The translations under genes and the position numbers were made by a program. A DNA stretch of 64,000 nt from an uncultured Gemmatimonadales bacterium. GTDB lineage: Bacteria; Gemmatimonadota; Gemmatimonadetes; Longimicrobiales; RSA9. The number at the start of each line of letters is the position of its first letter. Position 1 is the stretch's first letter. Below are positions 1 through 7,878 of this stretch, piece by piece. The notes beneath the pieces are model-generated. The model searched no databases. It was given only the letters and a program-made list of their open reading frames with translations, and was not told the DNA's origin. Location of the stretch: the NCBI GenBank assembly GCA_963798845.1, contig CAWCUS010000006.1:928001-992000 (forward strand), written 5' to 3'.

Positions 1-230
1 GACGGCTCGAATGGAGCCGAATGTGCAGGGTCAGACTGCCCCCGTAAGATAGTATCTGCCTCCTCGCGAGTCGTCTGTAGGGGAGACCCGGATATCGCGC
101 GGCGGGGATTGCCCCACCCCGGCCGGGCCATGCTTGTCGGGGAGTGCGCCGCCGGCGCGGGATGCAACCTCGCCGGCGGCGCGTAGCTTGCCCCAGTGAA
201 CGGAAGAGAATCCTCGCACACTGCGGACCA

Positions 231-668
231 ATGGAAGAAGGTGGAAGGGTCCGGATCAATCAGCGGCTGACGATCCCGTTGTCGGAGCTGGAGCTGCGGG
301 CGACGCGCTCTGGCGGGCCGGGGGGGCAGCACGTCAACACGACGTCGACGCGGGTGCAGCTGTCGTGGGACGTGGCGGGCTCGCCGTCGCTGACGGAGCG
401 TCGTCGTCAGCTGATCCAGTCGCGGCTGGGCAACCGGATCGACAAGGAGGGCGTGCTGCACCTGTCGGCGGACACGCACCGGAGCCAGCACCGGAATCGG
501 GAAGAAGTAGTCGAGCGGTTCGGGGATCTGGTGGCGGAGGCGTTGCGGCTGCGGAAGGAGCGGAAGCCGACGCGGCCGACCAAGGCCTCGAAGGAGCGGC
601 GTTTGCGGGCGAAGAAGCAGCGTGGCCGGCTGAAGAAGCTGAGGGGGCCCGTGATGCGGGAGGAGTAG
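231..668 (+). CDS. arfB: Alternative ribosome-rescue peptidyl-tRNA hydrolase ArfB
   Basis: RSGGPGGQHVN (GGQ motif), RSQHRNR, and a basic C-terminal tail (RKPTRPTKASKERRLRAKK). ATG 231 chosen over the upstream low-complexity extension. Confidence 0.93.
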   Translation: MEEGGRVRINQRLTIPLSELELRATRSGGPGGQHVNTTSTRVQLSWDVAGSPSLTERRRQLIQSRLGNRIDKEGVLHLSADTHRSQHRNREEVVERFGDLVAEALRLRKERKPTRPTKASKERRLRAKKQRGRLKKLRGPVMREE

Positions 669-850
669 GACGGATGGCGGTTCAGTGCGACTGCGAACAG
701 TTCTTGCGAAAGGGGATCGGTCGTGGGTCGGCGTGGAGGGCATGATGCACGCCGGGCGAAAGGACAGCACGCGGAACGTGAACCGACAGAGGAACGTCGA
801 GGTCTGGTGCGAAGAGTCCCGCTCTCCAACCGGGCCTGGGAGGGATGCAG

Positions 851-1111
851 GTGGCCAAAGTGGAAGCCGTCTCAGGCCTGATCAGCGATCTGCTGGAAGG
901 GATCGCTGGGCGGATGGAGGATGTGGCCCAGGAAGCGGGCGTGTCCTATTCAGCACTGTACTCGTGGGCCACCGGCCGGCGTCGTCCGGGCCGGCGCAAC
1001 CTCCAGAAGCTGGTGGAGCTGGCCGAGGACCGGTCAGACCGCCTCGACGAGCTGGCCGAGGAGCTGCGGGCGAAGCTGGAGAAGAACGGCCGGCGATCGA
1101 CCGGCGAGTGA
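851..1111 (+). CDS. Small XRE/Cro-like helix-turn-helix protein
   Basis: MEDVAQEAGVSYSALYSWATGRRRP fits the HTH pattern, followed by a coiled-coil-like tail. GGAGG lies 7 nt before GTG 851. Confidence 0.7.
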   Translation: MAKVEAVSGLISDLLEGIAGRMEDVAQEAGVSYSALYSWATGRRRPGRRNLQKLVELAEDRSDRLDELAEELRAKLEKNGRRSTGE

Positions 1112-1166
1112 GCGTGTCGTGCGGACTCGGGCGCCGGGTCCGTCACTGCTCGCAGTGCCGGGCCCG

Positions 1167-2273
1167 TCACTGTTCGGCGGACCGGGTGCGGGCGACGGCG
1201 TCCACGTCTGCCGGTCGGATCCACCCGCGGCGGGCGGCGTGGGTGGCCGCTTCGAGGGTGTCGTGCACGAGGACGAGCTCGGCGGCGCCGGTGGACGCGA
1301 GCTCGGCGGCCAGGGCGTCGATCGCCTCGATCCGGCGGGCGTCGGCGACGACGCTGCGAATGTAGATGCCGAGCACCCGTCCCGGGTGGTCGTGCACCAC
1401 TTCGCGGTAGATCTCGGGATCTTCCTGCCCGCTGTCCCCCACCAGCAGGAAATCGAGGTCGGGGTACGTCTCGAGGATGCGGTTGATGGCCCGGCCCTTG
1501 TGACGGCGGTGGCCGGTCGGGAGAAGGTCGTCGTGCGTTATGCCCCAGTCGCGCAGCTCCATCGGGCCGGCCGGAATGCCGTGCAGGTGGAGGAACTCGC
1601 TCAGGATGTCGTAGAGGTTCCAGGGGCTGCTCGAGACGTAGAATACGGGATTGAGCTCATCCCCGCCGGAGGTGTGCAGGGCGCGGTAGAACGCGCCCAC
1701 GCCGGGGAACGGCATGCGCGTATGCACGTTCCCGAAGAGCACCTCCCTCCCCATGCGCAGCAGGCTGGTTGCGCCCGTCCGGACGACCGTGTCGTCCAGA
1801 TCGCTGATGATCCCGAAGCGTGGCCTCGAGGGCACGGCCACCATGCACACGGCTCCCTTACCCTCCGGGGAGACGAGCTCGACGCCGGCGGTGTGCCACA
1901 GGCGTGACGGGTCCGGGAGGGAGTCGGGGGTGAAGGCCGCGGCGAAGTGGCCTTCGTCGTCCGAACGAGCTTCCAGAACCTGGTCCCCGAAGGAAATGCG
2001 CAAACGCGCGCCACCCACCTCGGCGCTGCCGAGGCGGCGGTAGGCGTTGGCCAGGTTCAGCCACCAGGGGTCGGCGGGCGTGGCAGGGGCGGGCGGGTCG
2101 CCGTGGAGGACCCGCCCGCGGACCCGGACGAGGGACTTCGTCCCGTAGGTGCGGTACGCCTCCACGCGGGCGGGGCGTCCCGGTCGAACGACGCGGTCCA
2201 CCCTGCGGCGGAGACGGTCCACGCTCTCCTCCGTCCGCCACGCGGCCTCGGCCAAAGCCCGCTTCCAGTCCAT
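1167..2273 (-). CDS. App1-family (DUF2183) phosphatidate phosphatase-like protein
   Basis: ISDLDDTV (DxDxT), FYVSSSPWNLY and LVGDSGQEDPEIY. Start at MDWKRAL. Confidence 0.85.
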   Translation of the reverse strand: MDWKRALAEAAWRTEESVDRLRRRVDRVVRPGRPARVEAYRTYGTKSLVRVRGRVLHGDPPAPATPADPWWLNLANAYRRLGSAEVGGARLRISFGDQVLEARSDDEGHFAAAFTPDSLPDPSRLWHTAGVELVSPEGKGAVCMVAVPSRPRFGIISDLDDTVVRTGATSLLRMGREVLFGNVHTRMPFPGVGAFYRALHTSGGDELNPVFYVSSSPWNLYDILSEFLHLHGIPAGPMELRDWGITHDDLLPTGHRRHKGRAINRILETYPDLDFLLVGDSGQEDPEIYREVVHDHPGRVLGIYIRSVVADARRIEAIDALAAELASTGAAELVLVHDTLEAATHAARRGWIRPADVDAVARTRSAEQ

Positions 2274-2342
2274 GTCCCCCCGACGCCGACGGGAACGCGG
2301 CCGCCCGTTGCGGCGGACCGGCGCGAGGTCCATGATGCGGCC

Positions 2343-3389
2343 ATGAATGCGACGAGGCGAATTCGCGGCCGCGTGATCATCGGCTTCCTGTCGCTCACTG
2401 CGTGCGCGGCCACTCGGGCCGTGGAGCACGGCTGGAGCCCCAATGCGGTGCCGACCGACGCGGAGTTCCGCGGTGTATCGGCGATTCCGGACGGCGGGGT
2501 GTGGCTGTCGGGACGCGGTGGGGTCGTGGCCTCGCGCGCCGCGGCCGGCGCGCCGTGGCGCGTCGACACGATCGCCGGTGCGGAGTCGCTCTTCCTCGTG
2601 GACGTGAGCGCCTTCGACTCGCTTCACGCCGTGGTGCTCGGGACCCATTTCGACGGCGGCCTCGCCCGCATCTACCGGACCGACGACGGCGGGCGGAGCT
2701 GGCGAACCACGTTCCAGGACGATCGTCCGGGCGCCTTCTACGACGGCATGGCCTTCTGGGACGACCGCCACGGCGTCGCGTTCGGCGACGCCGTCTCCGG
2801 CCGGATGACGATCATCCGTACCGATGACGGCGAGCACTGGGTCCCCGCCGACTCCGTGCCCGCCGCGCTCGAGGGGGAGGGGGGCTTCGCGGCGAGCGGA
2901 ACCGCGCTCGCGCTGGCCGGCACTGGCCATTCGTGGATCGGAACGGGCGCCGGGCCGCGGGCGAGGGTCCTGCACAGCGGCGACGGCGGCCGGACGTGGA
3001 GCGTGGTGGATTCGCCGCTGCGCGGTGGTCCCACGGCGGGAATATTCGGTGTGGCTTTCCGTGACACACTGCACGGCGTGGTGGTGGGCGGGGACTACAC
3101 GGACAGCACGTCGGTTCCGGCGCGGCTGGCGAGGACGGAAGACGGAGGTCGGACCTGGACTCCCGTCGCCGCGCCGGCCCCGCCGGGGGTATGGTACGGC
3201 GTGGCCTACGTGCCCGGCAGGACTCCGCCGTTGCTGGTGGCGGTGGGCCCGACCGGCTCCGCGTACTCGACAGATGACGGAGCCACGTGGCGAACGGCGG
3301 GCGACAGGGGCTACAATGCCGTCGGGTTCAGCCGAGACGGAAGCGGCTGGGCCGCGGGAGCGACGGGGACGGCGGCGCGTTGGCGCTGA
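2343..3389 (+). CDS. Exported BNR/YCF48-like beta-propeller protein (possible lipoprotein)
   Basis: Repeated (R/S)TxDGGxTW Asp-box motifs and an N-terminal signal with LTAC lipobox-like motif. Confidence 0.8.
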   Translation: MNATRRIRGRVIIGFLSLTACAATRAVEHGWSPNAVPTDAEFRGVSAIPDGGVWLSGRGGVVASRAAAGAPWRVDTIAGAESLFLVDVSAFDSLHAVVLGTHFDGGLARIYRTDDGGRSWRTTFQDDRPGAFYDGMAFWDDRHGVAFGDAVSGRMTIIRTDDGEHWVPADSVPAALEGEGGFAASGTALALAGTGHSWIGTGAGPRARVLHSGDGGRTWSVVDSPLRGGPTAGIFGVAFRDTLHGVVVGGDYTDSTSVPARLARTEDGGRTWTPVAAPAPPGVWYGVAYVPGRTPPLLVAVGPTGSAYSTDDGATWRTAGDRGYNAVGFSRDGSGWAAGATGTAARWR

Positions 3390-3516
3390 CCTGATCCGGG
3401 TCGCCGCGCCCAACCTCAGGCTGAACGCCCTGGACGGCATAGGCGGTGTAGATCAGAGCGGCTATGACGAGTACGACCAGCGCGACGATGGCCACGATCA
3501 GCCACTTCCTGGTCAT
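3328..3516 (-). CDS. Possible small single-pass membrane protein
   Basis: MTRKWLIVAIVALVVLVIAALIYTAY is a clean hydrophobic helix. It overlaps the 3' end of the convergent gene by about 60 nt, so the call is uncertain. Confidence 0.4.
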   Translation of the reverse strand: MTRKWLIVAIVALVVLVIAALIYTAYAVQGVQPEVGRGDPDQVSANAPPSPSLPRPSRFRLG

Positions 3517-3654
3517 CGGGCCGAGTGACATGGGGGGCTCGCCTCCTGGCATCGGGAATCCCTCTGGGGCTGATCGGCCGGCCTTGCAAGAAACGGCGCA
3601 GGCGCAGGCCGGACTCGCTTGACAATCGCGGCGCGCGCCGCGGAAGATGAGGAC

Positions 3655-4725
3655 ATGAACGGAATCAACGGTTTCTGGACGACGCTGCTGGTTGTCGCCG
3701 TCGTGATCATGGTGGTCTGGGCCGCCATTGCCTTCCTGAGGCGACGGGAGCGGCCGGCAGCGGCTGCGGCCGTGGAACGCGCGCCAGGGCGAACGCCAGC
3801 GCGCACCGAGGCGGAGAGCTTCGGTGACCTGGTGGAGCACGACGAGCTCCGCCGCGCGCTCTCGTCGGTGGGCTGGGTGGAGCCGACGCCGGTACAGGTC
3901 CGGATGGCGGATCTGGTGCCGAGCGGGCGTGACATCCTGCTCAGCGCACCGGAAGGGTCCGGGAAGACGGGCGCCTACATCGTCCCGGCGCTGGAGCGCC
4001 AGCTGCACCGTGAAGGGCTGTTCACCCTGGTGATCGCCCCAACGGAGGACATGGTCCGCGACATCGGCGCGCAGGCGCGCGACCTCGCGCGGGAAGTCGA
4101 CCTCTGGGTCGGCGAGATCCACGGCGGCGAGCCCGCGGTGGACCAGGTGCGCGACCTCCGGGCCGGCTTCGACGTCCTCGTCGCCACGCCCGACCGGCTG
4201 CTCGAGCACATGGAAGCCGGGAACGTCCGTCTCGGCCAGGTCGAAGTCCTCGTATTCGATCCGCTCGACGCGCTTCTCCAGCGAGGGAAGCACCGCGAGA
4301 TCCAGCGGATCGTGGAGAGCGCCCCGGACAACTGCCAGGTGGTATTCGTCGGCCGCACGCTCTCGAGCGAGGCGCAGGACCTGGCCCGCACGGTGATGAG
4401 CGAGCCGATGCGCGTGGAGGTGGCAGCCTCGCCCCCGCCCCCTTCCCGCCGCCCGGGCCAGCCGGCGTTCGAGCGCCCGGAGCGTGTCATCTCCGGCGCC
4501 GTCTCCGCCGGCGCGGAGGGCCAGATCGCCGGGACGGTGCGCTGGTTCAGCAACAGCAAGGGCTTCGGATTCATCGAGCCGGACGACGGCGGAGAAGACG
4601 TCTTCGTCCACCACTCCAACATCCTCGGCGACGGATTCAAGTCGCTCGATGATGGGCAGCGCGTTCGGTTCCGCCGCGTTCCTACCGAGAAGAGCCCGGA
4701 GGCGAGAGAGGTGGAGCCGCTCTGA
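3655..4725 (+). CDS. Membrane-anchored degenerate DEAD-box N-terminal domain fused to a cold-shock domain
   Basis: N-terminal TM helix, Q motif (GWVEPTPVQ), [14 protein letters not shown], and DPLD in place of DEAD. C-terminal [15 protein letters not shown]...DVFVHHS matches CSD RNP1/RNP2. Confidence 0.85.
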   Translation: MNGINGFWTTLLVVAVVIMVVWAAIAFLRRRERPAAAAAVERAPGRTPARTEAESFGDLVEHDELRRALSSVGWVEPTPVQVRMADLVPSGRDILLSAPEGSGKTGAYIVPALERQLHREGLFTLVIAPTEDMVRDIGAQARDLAREVDLWVGEIHGGEPAVDQVRDLRAGFDVLVATPDRLLEHMEAGNVRLGQVEVLVFDPLDALLQRGKHREIQRIVESAPDNCQVVFVGRTLSSEAQDLARTVMSEPMRVEVAASPPPPSRRPGQPAFERPERVISGAVSAGAEGQIAGTVRWFSNSKGFGFIEPDDGGEDVFVHHSNILGDGFKSLDDGQRVRFRRVPTEKSPEAREVEPL

Positions 4726-4751
4726 TCGGCGGCGCCGCTCCGCACCGAAGC

Positions 4752-4788
4752 ATCGGCCCCCGGCGCGCGATCCGGGGGCCGATCTTTT
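4752..4788 (+). terminator. Intrinsic terminator
   Basis: 12-bp stem ATCGGCCCCCGG/CCGGGGGCCGAT followed by CTTTT, just after the stop at 4725. Confidence 0.75.
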
Positions 4789-4928
4789 GGCAGAGCGCAG
4801 GGGCTGGCAAATTCGTTGCGAGGTTTTCGGCTCGACCGGCGCGCTGATTCCCACCGCGTCCGCGTCCACATCTTGCGTATCGCCCGGTCGGAATCTGTCC
4901 GAAGACTCTCCACTGGACGGTGACGCGA

Positions 4929-5192
4929 ATGTTCACGCTGCTGTGGTGGATCCTGTTCGGCGCCGTGGTGGGCGCCATCGCCAAGCTCATCATGCCGGGG
5001 AAGGACCCCGGCGGCTGCCTCGCCACCATCGCCCTCGGGATCCTCGGGTCTGTGCTGGGCGGATTCCTCATCGGCCTGATCTGGCCTGGCCGATCGGTGC
5101 TGACCCCGGCAGGGTGGATCGGCTCGATCGTGGGCGCGCTGCTCCTGCTCCTGCTCTACCGCCGCTGGGCCGGAAAGCACGTGGCGCCCTAG
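4929..5192 (+). CDS. GlsB/YeaQ/YmgE (transglycosylase-associated) membrane protein
   Basis: WILFGAVVGAIAKLIMPGKDPGG...LGILGSVLGG...GSIVGALLLL family pattern. Confidence 0.9.
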   Translation: MFTLLWWILFGAVVGAIAKLIMPGKDPGGCLATIALGILGSVLGGFLIGLIWPGRSVLTPAGWIGSIVGALLLLLLYRRWAGKHVAP

Positions 5193-5286
5193 ACGCGAGG
5201 GGCGGCAGGCAGGCGCCGCCGCCCCTCGCTCAGTCCGGCGCGACTCTTGAAGGAGCGTGGGTCGAGATCGCGCGAAGGAGGCAGCA

Positions 5287-5712
5287 GTGGCAGAACGGGA
5301 ACGGCGAGAACGCCGCCGCGGTAGCGGGGCGCTGACGGACCGGCCGAGGAAGAGTCCGGTGAGTCTGCTGATCGTGATGGTGGTGGGCGTGGTGACGGTC
5401 AGCGCGGCCGCCAGCGTCCTGTTCGGGACCGGCTACGGCGATGAGACGCCCCATGGGAAGGTGCTGGGCACCCTGCAGCGGGTGGCTCGGGCCGAGGAAG
5501 CGTACCACGCGAGCAACGGTCGTTTCGCCGCCGAGCTCGGAGACCTGGCCGTAACCCCGCCCGACAGCGTCGAAGTCGCCCTGACCGTCGAGGCGGGCGA
5601 GTGGCAGGCGGTGGCCACGCACCCGATAGGGCTGTCCTGCGTGCAGTCGGGGCGCGTCGCGCGAGGGCGCGTGGTCCGGGACGAGGCCGGCTGTTTCACG
5701 ACAGGCCCGTAG
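5287..5712 (+). CDS. Pilin-like single-pass membrane protein
   Basis: Hydrophobic helix followed by LQRVARAEEAYHASNGRF, WQAVATHP and two C-terminal Cys. AAGGAG precedes GTG 5287. Confidence 0.55.
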   Translation: MAERERRERRRGSGALTDRPRKSPVSLLIVMVVGVVTVSAAASVLFGTGYGDETPHGKVLGTLQRVARAEEAYHASNGRFAAELGDLAVTPPDSVEVALTVEAGEWQAVATHPIGLSCVQSGRVARGRVVRDEAGCFTTGP

Positions 5713-5801
5713 CGCCCCGACTCGACCCGGACCCTGCCCGTTCGCCATCTTGGTGTGAAGCTGCGACGCGCGCCTTCATCCCCCGGGAGCTCGAACGGTC
5801 C

Positions 5802-6668
5802 ATGCAGTTCCGCGCAGCCACGCTGCTCATCCTCGCGTCCGCGCTTCCGGCCGCTGCCCAGGCGCGGTCGGGCGAACGCGTCGAATCGCTTCTTGCGGAG
5901 GGCCGCTTCCAGGAGGCCGCCTGGGCCGCGCGCGCTGTCGGCGACACCGCCAGGGCCGACTCCATCCTGAACAGGCTGCGTCGCATCCTGCTCGCCTCCC
6001 CGGAGGAGGCCACCCCGCTGTCCGTCGACAGCCAGGGCGTCTCCTACACGTTCAGGCTCACCAACGGGAGCGGGGTGGAGGCCATCTTCAAGGTCGACGG
6101 TTCGGACATCTTCTGCCCGCAGTGCGGCGCGAGCCGTGAGGTGGCGGTCTACAATGTCGATCGACTGCTGGGGGTCGACCTCACGCCGATGACCGTACCG
6201 CAGCAGATCGTGAACGGGGGCGAGACGGTCCCGGGCTCGGCCATGTACTACATCCGCGATGCCACCCGCCCCGCGGAGCACGGCGAGCGCAAGCCGGACC
6301 TCCTCCGCTTCTTCGACGCGGTCATAGGGAACAGTGACCGTCACGGCGGGAACTGGCTGGCCACGCCCGGCGGTCACGTGGTGGCCATCGACCACAACCG
6401 GGCGTTCGACTACGCGCCACTCCCGCGCTCGAAGTCGTGCTGGGAGACGGAAGTGGACTCGATCTCCAGGCCCGGGCAGCTGGGTGCCCCCTTCGAGCGC
6501 TACCGCACCCTCCCTGCCGACTCCCTCGCCGCCGCGGTCGACGGGGTCCTCGATCCCACGCTCGCCCGCCGGTTCGTGGCCATGCGCGACACCATCGTGG
6601 CGCGCATCCAGGCGCGCGTGCGCAACCCCCGCCACAAGCTCCCGCTCCACGCCTGCGCTCCTGATTGA
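5802..6668 (+). CDS. Secreted atypical kinase-like protein (PI3/PI4-kinase / Fam20-like fold)
   Basis: Signal peptide ending AAAQA, plus AIFK, REVAVYNVDRLLG, IGNSDRHGGNWL and VAIDHNRAF. Confidence 0.75.
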   Translation: MQFRAATLLILASALPAAAQARSGERVESLLAEGRFQEAAWAARAVGDTARADSILNRLRRILLASPEEATPLSVDSQGVSYTFRLTNGSGVEAIFKVDGSDIFCPQCGASREVAVYNVDRLLGVDLTPMTVPQQIVNGGETVPGSAMYYIRDATRPAEHGERKPDLLRFFDAVIGNSDRHGGNWLATPGGHVVAIDHNRAFDYAPLPRSKSCWETEVDSISRPGQLGAPFERYRTLPADSLAAAVDGVLDPTLARRFVAMRDTIVARIQARVRNPRHKLPLHACAPD

Positions 6669-6709
6669 CGGGAGTTGACAGGTTCCCGGCCGCACCGGAC
6701 CTTCACGCC

Positions 6710-7489
6710 ATGAACAGACTACAGGGGAAGCTCGCGCTCGTCACCGGGGCGAGCTCGGGCATCGGAGAGGCCTGCGCCCGTCGCTTCGCGGCGGAGGGGG
6801 CGGATCTGGCACTGTGGGCGCGGCGAGCCGACCGGCTCGACCGCCTGGGCGAGGAGCTGGCGCGCGAGCACGGCGTAGCCGTCCACACCGCGGCGGTCGA
6901 CGTGCGCGACCGAGAGGCGGTCCGGGAAGCCGTGGACGCGCTCCTCGAGGCGGCCGGACCTCCACACGTGCTGGTGAACAACGCCGGTCTCGCCGCCGGT
7001 CTCGACCGGGTGCAGGAAGGGAGCTTCGACGACTGGGATCGGATGATCGACACCAACATCAAGGGGCTCCTCAACGTGACCAGACTCCTCCTCCCCCCGA
7101 TGATCGATGCGGGGCGCGGACACGTCATCAACATCGGCAGCACGGCCGGCCACCAGGTCTATCCCCGCGGCAACGTCTACAACGCCACCAAGTTCGGCGT
7201 CACGGCGCTGACCGAGGCCATCAACCTCGACCTCGCCGGAACGCCGCTGCGCGTCTCCAGCATCGACCCCGGCTTCGTGGAGACCGAATTCTCCCTCGTC
7301 CGCTTCCACGGGGACGAGGAGCGCGCAGGAGGCGTCTACCAGGGTTTCCAGCCGCTGACCGGCGACGACGTGGCCGACGCCGTCGCCTACGCAGCCAACC
7401 TGCCACCGCATGCGAACGTCCTGCGCATGGTGCTCCTGCCCAGCGCGCAGCGGAACGCCTACGTCGTCGACCGTGAAACGAGAGCCTGA
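6710..7489 (+). CDS. SDR-family NAD(P)-dependent oxidoreductase (YdfG-like)
   Basis: TGASSGIG, NNAG, YNATK and PGFVETEFS. Confidence 0.92.
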   Translation: MNRLQGKLALVTGASSGIGEACARRFAAEGADLALWARRADRLDRLGEELAREHGVAVHTAAVDVRDREAVREAVDALLEAAGPPHVLVNNAGLAAGLDRVQEGSFDDWDRMIDTNIKGLLNVTRLLLPPMIDAGRGHVINIGSTAGHQVYPRGNVYNATKFGVTALTEAINLDLAGTPLRVSSIDPGFVETEFSLVRFHGDEERAGGVYQGFQPLTGDDVADAVAYAANLPPHANVLRMVLLPSAQRNAYVVDRETRA

Positions 7490-7490
7490 A

Positions 7491-7871
7491 ATGGTCATCC
7501 GCGCCGTTCTCTTCGTCGCCCTCCTCGGCACCTTCACCGCCTGCGCCTCCGCCGGCCAGGGCGCCGGAAGCGGGGATTCGCAGGTCATCACGCAGGACGA
7601 GCTGGCGGATGCCGCCCAGACGAATCTCCTCGACCTCATCCAGTCGATCCGGCCCCACTGGCTCCGCTATCGGGGCAGCACCAGCTTCACCCATGAGCCC
7701 GAGATCGTGGTCTACGTCAACGGCGTCCGCGCCGGCAGTCTGGACGAGCTCTCCCGAATCTCGCCGGTCAACGTGAGGGAGGTCCACCGCTACACCGCTG
7801 CGCAGGCCCAGTACCGGTTCGGCGTGGGGAACGTGCATGGCGCCATCGACGTCACCACGAAGACGCGGTGA
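7491..7871 (+). CDS. Lipoprotein consisting of a TonB-dependent-receptor plug-like domain
   Basis: Lipobox FTAC, plus VITQDEL, VVYVNGV and YRFG..GAIDVTTK, which resembles the end of a plug domain. No beta-barrel follows. Confidence 0.65.
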   Translation: MVIRAVLFVALLGTFTACASAGQGAGSGDSQVITQDELADAAQTNLLDLIQSIRPHWLRYRGSTSFTHEPEIVVYVNGVRAGSLDELSRISPVNVREVHRYTAAQAQYRFGVGNVHGAIDVTTKTR

Positions 7872-7878
7872 CACCGCG

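Noticed and set aside
1..230. Feature in the first 230 nt
   Set aside because: The short ORFs lack motifs and there is no convincing RNA structure. It is probably intergenic or promoter sequence for arfB and a gene outside the window.
669..850. c-di-GMP-type riboswitch suggested by GCGAAAG loops
   Set aside because: The GGCAAA/GCAAAG core and P1/P2 arrangement were not found.
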